NCBI RefSeq assembly: GCF_044222565.1
Contig: NZ_JBGANA010000033.1
Span: forward strand, 5,923 to 69,922
DNA: 64,000 nucleotides
Reading direction: 5' to 3'
DNA from: Prosthecobacter sp.
GTDB taxonomy: Bacteria; Verrucomicrobiota; Verrucomicrobiia; Verrucomicrobiales; Verrucomicrobiaceae
The translations under genes were made by a program, and so were the position numbers. Position 1 is the stretch's first letter, and every line of letters begins with the position of its first letter. Shown here piece after piece: positions 19,837 to 30,100 of this stretch. The notes below the pieces were generated by a model. That model worked only from the letters and a program-made list of their open reading frames with translations. It made no database searches and had not been told where the DNA came from.

Positions 19837-20616
19837 TTAGAGAGATTTGTTGAGATCGACGCGACCCCGGTCACCGACACGGACGGGATCGTTGGCAGCG
19901 GCCAGTTCCTGGACCACGGCGCCACAGACAGAGTTGCGAACTTCAGTGACAAGCACTTTGGCGATGGGCTTGTCTTCGCGATAGATTTCGAAAGGCATTC
20001 CAGGCTTCACACCATCCTTGGCACCAATGGACAGCACGGCGATGCCGAGCTCATTCTTGAGGCTGACGACGCGGGCGTTCTGGAGATCGCCAACGGCTTG
20101 ATTGCTCTGTCCGCCGCCAGCCTTGACCAGCGCTGCATCAGCGGCGGTGATGGCCTTGTTCAGACGGTCAGCCGCGGCGGGATCAGCGTTTTGAGCGCTC
20201 TTCATCAGGCCCATGCCCGACTCAGCCATTTCAATCAGGGCACCGGCGAGTTCATCGCGCTGCTCTTTCATGATGCGCAGATCGCTGAGGGCAGCGAGCA
20301 GGCGCTCCTGAGTCTGGTCCTTGGAGTTTTCCAAGGCTCCAACTCCGAGACCTTCCAGCAGGCCACGCAGCTTTTCGTAGCGTTCCTTCAGTTCGTTGGT
20401 TTCGGCATTGGCGGCAGCTGCGCTCTGGGCCAGGGCGTCGTTCTTGTCCTTGGCGGCAAGAAGCTGGGCGTCCTGCGCCTGGAGTTTCGCCGCTGCTACC
20501 GCAAGCGAGATGTGCAGCTCCTGATTTTCGAGCCTGTCATCCCCACGCACACCGGTCACTCCCACTGCCAGAAGCAGGGAGAAAGTGGTGCAGGTGATGG
20601 AGTTGCGGAGTGACAT
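19837..20616 (-). CDS. Hypothetical exported coiled-coil protein with C-terminal beta domain (FlgT C-terminal-like), embedded in the S10 operon
   Basis: 259 aa; signal-peptide-like N-terminus (FSLLLAVGVTGVRG), heptad-rich Ala/Leu/Glu middle, C-terminal VVSLKNELGIAVLSIGAKDGVKPGMPFEIYREDKPIAKVLVTEV; 26-nt gaps to rpsS and rplV. Confidence 0.8.
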   Translation of the reverse strand: MSLRNSITCTTFSLLLAVGVTGVRGDDRLENQELHISLAVAAAKLQAQDAQLLAAKDKNDALAQSAAAANAETNELKERYEKLRGLLEGLGVGALENSKDQTQERLLAALSDLRIMKEQRDELAGALIEMAESGMGLMKSAQNADPAAADRLNKAITAADAALVKAGGGQSNQAVGDLQNARVVSLKNELGIAVLSIGAKDGVKPGMPFEIYREDKPIAKVLVTEVRNSVCGAVVQELAAANDPVRVGDRGRVDLNKSL

Positions 20617-20642
20617 GATTGACTCGATGCTCAGGAATTGAA

Positions 20643-20921
20643 TTACTTGGCGGCCTTGACGGTGACAGCACCGTGAGACTTGAACAGACGGGTCATGGAG
20701 AACTCGCCGAGACGATGTCCGACCATGTTTTCGGTCACATACACGGACACGAAGTCCTTGCCATTGTGAACGAGGAAGGTGTGGCCGACGAGGTCAGGAG
20801 TGACCATCGAGGAACGGGCCCAGGTTTTGATGGGGCGTTTCTGCTTGGCGTCGTTGAGCTTGTCCACCTTGTCGAGGAGGGCTTGCTGAACGAAGGGACC
20901 TTTTTTGAGGGAGCGTGCCAT
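20643..20921 (-). CDS. rpsS: 30S ribosomal protein S19
   Basis: [39 protein letters not shown]. Confidence 0.98.
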   Translation of the reverse strand: MARSLKKGPFVQQALLDKVDKLNDAKQKRPIKTWARSSMVTPDLVGHTFLVHNGKDFVSVYVTENMVGHRLGEFSMTRLFKSHGAVTVKAAK

Positions 20922-20945
20922 GAGATTACTTGAGTGAGGAATGGA

Positions 20946-21785
20946 TTACTTCTTGGCGTTGCGGCCCTGGATGATGAGCTTGTTCGTCGCCTTCTTCTTG
21001 TTGCGGGTCTTCTCACCCTTCGCGTGGCCCCAGGGGCTGAGAAGGTGCTGACGACCACCACCGGACTTGGAACGGCCTTCACCACCACCGTTCGGATGGT
21101 CGATCGGGTTCATACACATGCCGCGGACGGTCGGGCGGGTGCCCTGCCAGCGGGTGCGGCCGGCCTTGGCACTCACCACGTTCATGTGCTCGATGTTGCC
21201 CACCTGGCCGATCGTGGCGTAGCAGACGGCGAGGATCTTGCGGATTTCTCCGGAAGGCATGCGCACCAGGGCGAAGTCACCTTCACGGTTGGAAAGCACG
21301 GCGGCCTGGCCTGCGGCACGGGCGACGACGCCACCTTTGCCTGGGGAGAGCTCGATGTTGTGGATCGAGGTACCAAGAGGGATCTTGCTCAGCGGAAGGG
21401 CATTGCCCACTTCTGGAGCGGCCTTCTCGCCGGCCATCACCGAGGCACCAACCGCGAGAGCGTTCGGGGCGAGGATGTAGGCGCGCTGTCCATCCTTGTA
21501 TTCCACAAGGGCGATGCGGGCGGAGCGGTTCGGATCGTATTCGATGCCGACCACTTTGGCGGCTTCGTCACGGCGGACGCGCTTGAAGTCGATGAGACGG
21601 TAACGCTTGTCGTGACCACCGCCGATGTGACGGCAGGTGATGCGACCAGTGTTGTTACGGCCACCGGATTTGCGGAGAGCCACGGTGAGGCTTTTCTCCG
21701 GAGAGTGCTTGGTGATCTCATCAAATGAGTTCCACTCTTTGTAACGGTTGGTGGGCGTGGTAGGCTTGAATGTTTTCAGCGCCAT
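20946..21785 (-). CDS. rplB: 50S ribosomal protein L2
   Basis: [52 protein letters not shown]. Confidence 0.98.
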   Translation of the reverse strand: MALKTFKPTTPTNRYKEWNSFDEITKHSPEKSLTVALRKSGGRNNTGRITCRHIGGGHDKRYRLIDFKRVRRDEAAKVVGIEYDPNRSARIALVEYKDGQRAYILAPNALAVGASVMAGEKAAPEVGNALPLSKIPLGTSIHNIELSPGKGGVVARAAGQAAVLSNREGDFALVRMPSGEIRKILAVCYATIGQVGNIEHMNVVSAKAGRTRWQGTRPTVRGMCMNPIDHPNGGGEGRSKSGGGRQHLLSPWGHAKGEKTRNKKKATNKLIIQGRNAKK

Positions 21786-21827
21786 GACGGTAGGATAAGT
21801 TAAAGGGTTGCGTGCCTGAGCCTGAGT

Positions 21828-22112
21828 TTACGCGAGGTCGAACTTCTCGCCGTCCTTGAGACGGACGATGGCTTTCTTCCAGTGATTGGTGCGGCCATAG
21901 TCGGCACGGCGTTCACGACGGGCCTTGCCGTCATAGTTCGCTGTGCGGACGCCGGTGACTTTCTTGCCAAAGAGCTTTTCGATGGCCTGCTTGATGTCGA
22001 TCTTGGTGGCATCGACATCGACGGAGAACACGTACTCGTTGTTCTTTTCGCCCAGCAGCGTTGCTTTTTCGCTGAGGCGGATGGTTTTGATGACTTTGTG
22101 CAGGTCTTTCAT
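21828..22112 (-). CDS. rplW: 50S ribosomal protein L23
   Basis: SEKA, YVFSVDVDATKIDIKQAIEKLF, WKKAIVRL. Confidence 0.96.
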   Translation of the reverse strand: MKDLHKVIKTIRLSEKATLLGEKNNEYVFSVDVDATKIDIKQAIEKLFGKKVTGVRTANYDGKARRERRADYGRTNHWKKAIVRLKDGEKFDLA

Positions 22113-22114
22113 GA

Positions 22115-22726
22115 TCAGGCAGTCCTCTTGGCAAGGGTTTCAAGGGCTTCTCCGGTCACCACAACGCTGCGGTAGCGCAGGAGGTGCTCGGCGTTCACTT
22201 CGTCAGCGGAGATAAGCTGAACGTTTTGTACATTGCGGCCGGCGCGGAAGGTGAGTTCATCGAAGCCTTTGCCGATGAGGAGCACATTCTTGGCATTGGT
22301 CAGGCCGTTGACGGCGGCGATGAAGCTCTTGGTCTTGCCATCAGTCACAGAAAAGCTTGGGACGGTAAGCACTTCGCCATCATTGATGCGGGCGGTCAAA
22401 GCGGCGCGCAAAGCCAGCTTGCGGGTGTTCTTGGTGGTCTTCTTGGCCCACACGGTCGTGTTGCGGGGACCAAAGACGACACCACCACCGCTCCAGATTG
22501 GAGAACGCTTGGAACCCATACGGGCGTTGCCGGTTCCCTTCTGGTTCCACAGCTTCTTGCCGGAGCCGGAAACTTCAGAACGGTTTTTGGTGTGGGCATT
22601 GCCCTGACGGCGGTTGGCACGGTAGGCCACCAGCGTGTCATTGAGAGCCTGGGAGCCTTGATAGCCCTCGGTCAGTTGGATGTTGGCCGCCTTGGCGGCG
22701 TCGGCTGAGAGAATGGTCGCGGACAT
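22115..22726 (-). CDS. rplD: 50S ribosomal protein L4
   Basis: RQGNAHTKNRSEVSGSGKKLWNQKGTGNARMGSKRSPIWSGGGVVFGP. Confidence 0.97.
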   Translation of the reverse strand: MSATILSADAAKAANIQLTEGYQGSQALNDTLVAYRANRRQGNAHTKNRSEVSGSGKKLWNQKGTGNARMGSKRSPIWSGGGVVFGPRNTTVWAKKTTKNTRKLALRAALTARINDGEVLTVPSFSVTDGKTKSFIAAVNGLTNAKNVLLIGKGFDELTFRAGRNVQNVQLISADEVNAEHLLRYRSVVVTGEALETLAKRTA

Positions 22727-22743
22727 GATTCAGTTCCTCGTGG

Positions 22744-23397
22744 TTACTTTTTGACGACGGCCTTCTTGCCGGGGCGCACCACAACGATGCTGCCAGTGTT
22801 GCCGGGGAGAGCGCCTTTGATGAGCAGGATGCCTTCTTCAGGGCGGCTCTGCACAACCACGAGATTCTGCGTGGTGCAGCGGGTGGTGCCGTCATGGCCG
22901 GGCATCTTCTGGTTCTTCCAGACGAGACCGGGGGTCAGACGGCAGCCGATGGAACCAGGACGACGATGCATCATGTGACCATGGGAAGCGGGCTGGCCGG
23001 CGAAGTTCCAGCGTTTCACAACGCCCTGGAAGCCTTTGCCCTTGGTGTTGCCGATGACGTCCACCACCTGGCCGTTGCTGAAGATGCTGGCGTCAAGCTT
23101 GGCGTCGGCAGCGGGGAGCTGGTCGTCGCTGGCAAGACGGAATTCTTTGACGATGCGCTTGGCGGTCGTGCAGCCGTGCTTCTTGAAGTGGCCCAGCAGC
23201 GGCTTGCTGACGCGGGAATCCTTCAGCTGGTCGCCGTAGCCCACCTGCACTGCGCTGTACTTGTCTTTGCCGTCGCTGCGCTTCACCTGCAGAATGGTGT
23301 TGCCGCTGACATCAACGACCGTGACGGAGATTGCGTCGCCTTTGGCGTCGTAAACCTTGGTCATGCCGAGTTTTTTGCCGATCAATCCGAGACTCAT
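22744..23397 (-). CDS. rplC: 50S ribosomal protein L3
   Basis: GLIGKKLGMT, VDVIGNTKGKGFQGVVKRWNF, PGSIG, KMPGH. Confidence 0.98.
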   Translation of the reverse strand: MSLGLIGKKLGMTKVYDAKGDAISVTVVDVSGNTILQVKRSDGKDKYSAVQVGYGDQLKDSRVSKPLLGHFKKHGCTTAKRIVKEFRLASDDQLPAADAKLDASIFSNGQVVDVIGNTKGKGFQGVVKRWNFAGQPASHGHMMHRRPGSIGCRLTPGLVWKNQKMPGHDGTTRCTTQNLVVVQSRPEEGILLIKGALPGNTGSIVVVRPGKKAVVKK

Positions 23398-23433
23398 GAG
23401 TGTGTCCTCCTGGTTGTAAAAAGTGAAGATCGC

Positions 23434-23742
23434 TTAGATCTTGATGGTGATGTCCACGCCGGAAGGAAGGTTGAGCTTCTTCAGCTCGTCCACGGTGCGG
23501 GAGGTGGGGTCAACGATGTCCAGCAGGCGCTTGTGCGTGCGGATTTCGAACTGGTCCATCGACTTCTTATCGACGTGCGGAGAGCGGTTCACGGTGAACT
23601 TCTCGATGCGGGTTGGCAGCGGGATGGGGCCTGCAACACGTGCGCCGGTGCGCTTGGCGGTTTCGACGATGTCTGCGGTGCTCTTGTCGAGCACGCGGTA
23701 GTCATAGGCGCGAAGGCGGATTCTGATGCGTTGATTTGTCAT
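23434..23742 (-). CDS. rpsJ: 30S ribosomal protein S10
   Basis: [43 protein letters not shown]. Confidence 0.98.
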   Translation of the reverse strand: MTNQRIRIRLRAYDYRVLDKSTADIVETAKRTGARVAGPIPLPTRIEKFTVNRSPHVDKKSMDQFEIRTHKRLLDIVDPTSRTVDELKKLNLPSGVDITIKI

Positions 23743-23782
23743 GACGATGGTCCGGGGATTAGAGTTTCAGTGCGCGTATGCG

Positions 23783-25933
23783 TTATGCCTTGGAGCCTCC
23801 ACGCTGCTCGACGATCTGCTCAACGATCTGCTGCGGCACCTGCTCGAAGTGAGAAGGCTGCATGGAATAGCTGGCACGGCCGGAGGAAAGGGTGCGGATG
23901 GCGGTGGAGTAGCCGAACATTTCGGCCAGGGGAACTTCAGCGCGCAGGATGGCGGTGGTGCCGCGGCTGTCCATGCCCTGAATCTTGCCACGGCGACGGT
24001 TAAGGTCACCCATGATGTCGCCCTGATAATCTTCCGGAGTGGAAGCTTCGACTGCCATGATCGGCTCAAGCAGAATGCACTTGGCCTTCTTGAGCGCGTC
24101 TTTCACAGCGAAGATGCCGGCCATTTTGAACGCGTTTTCGTTGGAGTCCACTTCGTGGCTCGAACCATCGACCAGGTCGATGTGAAGGTCGATCACCGGA
24201 TATCCGGCGATGATGCCGTTGAGAGCGGCTTCGATGCAGCCAGCCTTCGCAGGGTTGATGAATTCTTTCGGAATGGTGCCGCCAACAACTTTGTTTTCGA
24301 CGACGACGCCGGAGCCCTTTTCACCAGGACGCACCTTGATGACAACGTGGCCATACTGACCACGACCACCGGACTGCTTGACCAGCTTGCCTTCGCCATC
24401 GGCTTCCTTCGTGAGGGTTTCGCGATAGGCGATCTGTGGCTTGCCCGTGTTGGTTTCCACCTTGTGCTCGCGCTTGAGGCGGTCGCAAAGAATTTCCAAG
24501 TGAAGCTCGCCCATGCCGGCGATGATGACCTGGCCGGTTTCTTCGTCGGTCTTGACGAAGAAGGTAGGATCTTCTTCGGAGAGGCGCTGAAGGGCGTTGC
24601 CCATCTTTTCCTGGTCGCCCTTGGTCTTTGGCTCGACGGCCATCGAGATAACGGGTTCTGGGAAGGTCGGCGGCTCAAGCTGCACGTCGAGATCTTCATC
24701 ACAGAAGGTGTCGCCAGTGCGGACGTCCTTCACACCCACGAGGGCGGCGATATCGCCAGAGTAGCAGGTTTCGATGTCCTTGTGGACGGCGGCCTGGATC
24801 TGGATCAGGCGGCCCACACGCTCAGACTTGCGGGTGCGGGGATTGTAGATCGTGTCGCCTTTGGAAACCTTGCCGGAATACACGCGGAAGAACACAAGGC
24901 GGCCAAACTTGTCGGACCAGAGCTTGAAGCCCAGAGCGATGAACTTGCCATTGTCATCAGGCTTGGCCTCAATGACGGTGTCTGGCTCATCAACGACGCT
25001 GCCCTTCTGAGGTTCAATGTCGAGAGGACCCGGGAGATAGTCGATCACGGCGTCGATCAGATACTGCACGCCCTTGTTCTTGAAGGCGGAACCACCGGCC
25101 ATTGGGATGATCTTGTTGGCGATCACCGCGCGGCGGAGACCTGCCTTGAGTTCCACAGGACCGATTGGCTTCTCTTCGAGGAAGAGCATGCCCAGCTCTT
25201 CGTCAGCGCTGCAGACGGCGTCGAGCAGCTCGTCATAGGCAGCCTTGGCAGTGGCCACTTCGTCACCTTCAAGATCACGCACGGTGTACTTGGAACCAAA
25301 CTTTTCGTCATCAGAATAGATGATCGACTTCTGGTTCACCACGTCGATCTGGCCGATGAGGTTTTCTTCAGCACCGATTGGGATGAGAACAGGGAAGGCA
25401 GGAGCACCCAGCTTCTTGCGCACATCATTGACCACGTTGAAGAAGTTGGCGCCAGTGCGGTCCATCTTGTTCACGAAGGCGATACGAGGCACGCCGTACT
25501 TTTCAGCCTGGCGATACACCGTTTCAGACTGCGGCTGCACACCGGCCACGCCGCAAAGCACGAAGATCGCGCCGTCGAGCACGCGCAGGGAACGTTCCAC
25601 TTCAGCGGTGAAGTCCACGTGTCCGGGGGTGTCGATGATGTTCACGCGGATGTCTTCCATTTCGCGTGACTTATAAATGCCGGCTTCCTTCAGCTGCTTC
25701 CAGCGGGCGGTCACAGCGGCGGAGGTGATGGTGATGCCGCGCTCCTTTTCCTGCTCCATCCAGTCGGTGGTCGCAGCGCCGTCATGCACTTCGCCGATCT
25801 TGTGGATCATGCCGGTGTAGAACAGAATACGTTCGGTCAGAGTCGTCTTGCCCGCGTCAATGTGGGCGCAGATCCCGATATTGCGGGTGCGCTCAAGGGG
25901 GTATTCGCGGTTGGGGGAATTTGGGTTCGACAT
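23783..25933 (-). CDS. fusA: Elongation factor G
   Basis: RNIGICAHIDAGKTTLTERIL, ERGITITSA, NIIDTPGHVDF, NKMD, GMGELHL, PQIAYRET. Confidence 0.99.
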   Translation of the reverse strand: MSNPNSPNREYPLERTRNIGICAHIDAGKTTLTERILFYTGMIHKIGEVHDGAATTDWMEQEKERGITITSAAVTARWKQLKEAGIYKSREMEDIRVNIIDTPGHVDFTAEVERSLRVLDGAIFVLCGVAGVQPQSETVYRQAEKYGVPRIAFVNKMDRTGANFFNVVNDVRKKLGAPAFPVLIPIGAEENLIGQIDVVNQKSIIYSDDEKFGSKYTVRDLEGDEVATAKAAYDELLDAVCSADEELGMLFLEEKPIGPVELKAGLRRAVIANKIIPMAGGSAFKNKGVQYLIDAVIDYLPGPLDIEPQKGSVVDEPDTVIEAKPDDNGKFIALGFKLWSDKFGRLVFFRVYSGKVSKGDTIYNPRTRKSERVGRLIQIQAAVHKDIETCYSGDIAALVGVKDVRTGDTFCDEDLDVQLEPPTFPEPVISMAVEPKTKGDQEKMGNALQRLSEEDPTFFVKTDEETGQVIIAGMGELHLEILCDRLKREHKVETNTGKPQIAYRETLTKEADGEGKLVKQSGGRGQYGHVVIKVRPGEKGSGVVVENKVVGGTIPKEFINPAKAGCIEAALNGIIAGYPVIDLHIDLVDGSSHEVDSNENAFKMAGIFAVKDALKKAKCILLEPIMAVEASTPEDYQGDIMGDLNRRRGKIQGMDSRGTTAILRAEVPLAEMFGYSTAIRTLSSGRASYSMQPSHFEQVPQQIVEQIVEQRGGSKA

Positions 25934-25972
25934 GGGGTCGGAAAAAATCGTGAAGTGGACGAAAGGGATGAA

Positions 25973-26446
25973 TTAGAAGCGGAAGTGGGCGAAGGCGCGG
26001 TTGGCCTGGGCCTGCTTGTGAACGTCGTCGCGTTTGCGGACGGCATTCCCCTGCCCTTGTGCGGCATCCTTCAGCTCATTGGCCAGCGCGCGGTGCATCG
26101 CCTGTCCTTTGCGGCCGCGGGCGAAACCAACGATCCAGCGCATGGCCAGGGATTCCTGACGGCGGGGCGACACTTCGAGCGGCACCTGGTAGGTCGCACC
26201 GCCAACGCGGCGGGCTTTGACTTCCACACGTGGCTTCGTGTTTTCGATGGCACGGTTGAAAAGCTCAAGCGGGTCAACGCTGTCAGTCTTGTCGTTGAGC
26301 GCCTCAATGGCGGAATAGACAATGCGCTCGGCGAGCGACTTCTTGCCATCCAGCATGATGTTGCTGATGAGGGCGGCGACGAGTTCGCTGTCGTAGCGGC
26401 TGTCTTTGCGGACCTCTTTGTTATAAACGCGTTTTCTGCGGGCCAT
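25973..26446 (-). CDS. rpsG: 30S ribosomal protein S7
   Basis: MLDGKKSLAE, PRVEVKARRVGGATYQVP, AQANRAFAHFR. Confidence 0.98.
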   Translation of the reverse strand: MARRKRVYNKEVRKDSRYDSELVAALISNIMLDGKKSLAERIVYSAIEALNDKTDSVDPLELFNRAIENTKPRVEVKARRVGGATYQVPLEVSPRRQESLAMRWIVGFARGRKGQAMHRALANELKDAAQGQGNAVRKRDDVHKQAQANRAFAHFRF

Positions 26447-26483
26447 GACGTGATGAGATAAAGGGTGGAGTCAGAGAAAATGA

Positions 26484-26888
26484 TTATTTCTTCTTAGCGG
26501 CAGCGGCGGCAGCACCAGCCTTCGGACGCTTTGCACCGTACTTGGAACGGCCACGACGGCGGGCGTCAACGCCAAGGCAGTCAAGCGTACCGCGGACGAT
26601 GTGGTAACGCACACCGGGCAAGTCTTTCACACGACCACCGCGCACCAGAACGATGCTGTGTTCCTGAAGATTGTGACCTTCACCACCGATGTAGGCGATG
26701 ACTTCATAGCCGTTGGTGAGGCGAACCTTGGCCACCTTACGCAGAGCGGAGTTGGGCTTCTTCGGTGTGCGGGTCATCACCTGAAGGCAGACGCCGCGAC
26801 GCTGCGGGCACTTTGCAAGCGCAGGAGACTTCGACTTTACCGCTTTGTCTTTGCGGCCGTGTCTGACGAGTTGATTGATGGTGGGCAT
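26484..26888 (-). CDS. rpsL: 30S ribosomal protein S12
   Basis: [47 protein letters not shown]; the streptomycin-relevant lysines are wild-type. Confidence 0.99.
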   Translation of the reverse strand: MPTINQLVRHGRKDKAVKSKSPALAKCPQRRGVCLQVMTRTPKKPNSALRKVAKVRLTNGYEVIAYIGGEGHNLQEHSIVLVRGGRVKDLPGVRYHIVRGTLDCLGVDARRRGRSKYGAKRPKAGAAAAAAKKK

Positions 26889-27180
26889 GGTGTGAAAGAG
26901 CTGTAAACCTCGGCTTTATCGTAGCCAGTTTCGGGGGACAGCGCGCCATGCTCACATTGAGCATACGCAGACTTTTCCGGATCTGGTTCCGATAATGAAG
27001 AGCCTCCGTGGAGGGTCTTTATTTGCCAGCATCGTGGGGGATGGCTGGGCCTTGGGAGCGCGCATCTTGGCGAGTCCCCACCTCCCCGCAAGCTCTTTTT
27101 AAAGCTTTTTGAAATAATTATTCACATTCTCTGCCCTTCCCACCAATAACTCCAGCTCAATGGGCTAAAACGCCTGCTTT

Positions 27181-30100
27181 TTACCGCGTTACACGCAGTC
27201 GCATGAATCGCCGAGGTGCCTCCTGCAGGCTCACTACGTCTTTCACCTCCACGTTCACCAGCGGCGTGATAATGAAAGTGCCCGTCGCTTGTTCGTCCAC
27301 AAAACCCGGCCCGCTGGTGGTGGCCCCACCTGCGCTGGTAGCCAGCGTGGTCCAGGGTCCCACAGGACTGTCCGAAGCCTGAACTTCGTAGGTGATGTCC
27401 GTCTTGGTGGGATCCCGCTGGAAGGTGAGACTGAGATGGTGCGCCCCGGAATAATTTTTCAACTGGGGCTGCGGTAGGATTTCTGGTTTGGCGGGATCCA
27501 GGTTGAGCGCATACTTCAGCAGATTAGGAACCCCGTCCCCAGCGGGCGCGGCCAAATCTGCCGCGTTGCCAGCGTCGTCGATGGTGTTGAACACCGCCTG
27601 CCGCCAAGCCTGAACAGGCGCGATCGTGCTGAAGCTCGCATCAGTTCCGTAGTAACTATTACCATAGTTGTCCGTGAGCTTGATTCGATAGTGATATTCC
27701 GTCAGCGGCAGCAAGGAAGCCACCATGCCAGATCGCGTCTGAGTGGTATTTCCACCTCCAATGATAATGATATTCTGACCATTCGGATCATTTCCACCCA
27801 ATACCAGTCCGCCGCCAAGAATCACCCCGCCACCTAAAATAATGCCTCCCGATGTCGCCGTCTGTCCATACGCGGTCGTTTGCCCATAATCGAATGCGAC
27901 CGTGTAGTTGCCACCCTGCATGTTGCAGGTGCCGTTGAGCAGGGCTGTGGTGGCCCTGATGGCGGTGGCGGCAGTGGTGGTGACCGTGGGCTGGTCCAGC
28001 GTCGTCACACTCACATCCTGCCCGGTGCTGGTCCCTTCACCGTTGGTCACGATGATGCGGTAGTGGTACTCAGTATTCGCTGTCAGGCCCTCCAGTGGGT
28101 GGGCAAAAAAGGCCGAGGTGCTCGTGTCAAAAGTTCCCGAAACCGCGAACTGACTCCCGTAGGCATTCGTGGTGCCATATTCAAATACCAGCGAGGCAGG
28201 CGAACTGCCGGTTTCAAAGCTGGCATTCAGCGTCACCGCCGTTGGCGCAAGGTTGGTCGCGCTCATGGTCGTGGCCGTTGGGGGTGTGGCTGGTGCACCT
28301 GTGGTGAAGGTCTGATCCGCCCCATAGAAGATTTGAAGGTTGTCCAGCGATCCAGTCTGCGGACTGAGATAGATGGTCAGCATGCGAAAATGGTACGTGG
28401 TGTTAGGCAGCAAATGATTGGCCGGCGTGCTGAATGGGATCGGACCTGATCCCGTGAGATAGTTACCTATGGGAGTGACTCTCCTGCCATAAGAGGTAGT
28501 GGGACCTATCTCAAAGTACACGGCATAATTGCCCCCTCCATTGGCATTGGCCGAGCCATTGAGTACCGCCGTGACGTCAGCCACGCTGGTTGCTGGTGCT
28601 GTGGTGACCGTGGGTCCATCCAGCGTGGTGAAGGTCGCGGAGGCACTGTAGGAAGTTCCCTGCCCGTTGGTGGCTCCGCAGCGATAGGTATAGGTCGTTG
28701 CGGGTTGCAACCCCGTCAGCAAGGCTAAAGCGGCGCTTGGAGTTCCAAGAGTGATCGTGGCAGGTGTCCCAGTCGCGGTCAGGACCGGCCCCCCGGCGGA
28801 AACCTGGTATTCCCAAAAGACGGTGGCTTCCGAACTGCCCGCAAAAACGGAACTGGCCTGAACCCTTGCCGTGGAAGCACCGACATTGTTGGATGAGACT
28901 GCGCCCACACTGGGAGGGGTCTGCGCCGCCGCCGTGGTAAAGCTCACATCGGGGCCATAGTAGTCCTGATCAAAAATGAAGGAGTAACGAACCTTGGCGC
29001 GGTAATGGTAAGTCGTGGCCGGCATCAGCCCAGTGGCACTGGCCGTGAAAGTTCCCGTACCGAGGATGCTGCCAGGCGCTCCATTCAAGGTCGTGCCATA
29101 GTCCGTCGTCGTGCCAAATTCAAAACTCACCGCCGCCGTGGTGCTCGGACCGTTGGGATTCACCCCGCCGTTCAGGATCGCAGACAAATCGCCCACACTT
29201 GTGGCCGCTCCCGTGGTCACGGAAGGCAGCATCACTGTGGTGAAAGTGCTGTCTGCCGAGGCATGCGACCCCTGCCCATTGGTCACCACACAGCGCACAT
29301 GGTAGGTGGTTCCCGGGGTTAAACCGCTCAGATCCACATATGGAGCGGCGTCTGGCACGTTGGCTGGGATTTCCGCGATGGCGGTGCTTGTGCTGCCATA
29401 GGTCGTGGTCGGGCCGTACTGGAACACGGCAGTGGTGGAAGAACTTCCAGAAAACACGGGCCAGCAGCTCACCCGGGCAGAAGTGGCGCCCACATTCGGA
29501 GCGCTCACCGTTCCCGCGGTCGGAGGGGTCGCAGCGGCGCCCGTGGTGAAGGTTTGATCCTGACCATAGAAAACAAGGTTGCTGTCATAGTAGTAAGATG
29601 CCTTGAGCCTGTAATGATAGGTCGTCGCAGGCAGGAGCGCCGGCGGCTGGACGCTCAGCGGAGTGGCGCTGGTGTTGCTCACCCCGTTTGCAGCACTGAT
29701 CACCAGCCCATAGTCGGTGCTCAGTCCGTACTCAAAGATCACATTCAAGAGCTGCCCGTCTGTCATCACAGTGCCGTTGAGCGTGGCTGCGAGGTCAGTC
29801 ACCCCCGTGGCCGCCCCCGTCACCAGCACCGGCCCCAATGGCGTGGTGAATGTACCGTCCGCGCTGTAAACCGTCCCCTGCGCATTCACCGCCTTCGCTC
29901 TAAAATGATACGTCGTACCCGGTGTCAGTCCCGTCGCTTTCGCAAAACAGGTCGTGTAGGCGATCAGGTCCTTGTCCACCTGCGTCGGACTTTCCACCAC
30001 GGAACCGTAGCTAGCCGTCAGCCCATATTCATAGGAAACCGTGGTGCGGGAACTGCCAGACAACAGCGAGCTCAGGGAAAAATTCACCTCCGTTGCTGCG

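Noticed and set aside
12264-25669. Plus-strand ORFs 12264..13760, 18593..19840 and 23741..25669
   Set aside because: In-register antisense frames of secY, rpsC/rplV and fusA caused by codon bias
26484-26888. Streptomycin-resistance alleles in rpsL
   Set aside because: TPKKPNS and RVKDLPG motifs are wild-type
26889-27180. Riboswitch or ncRNA in the 290-nt rpsL leader
   Set aside because: No recognisable conserved motif or strong terminator found by eye; needs an Infernal/Rfam scan
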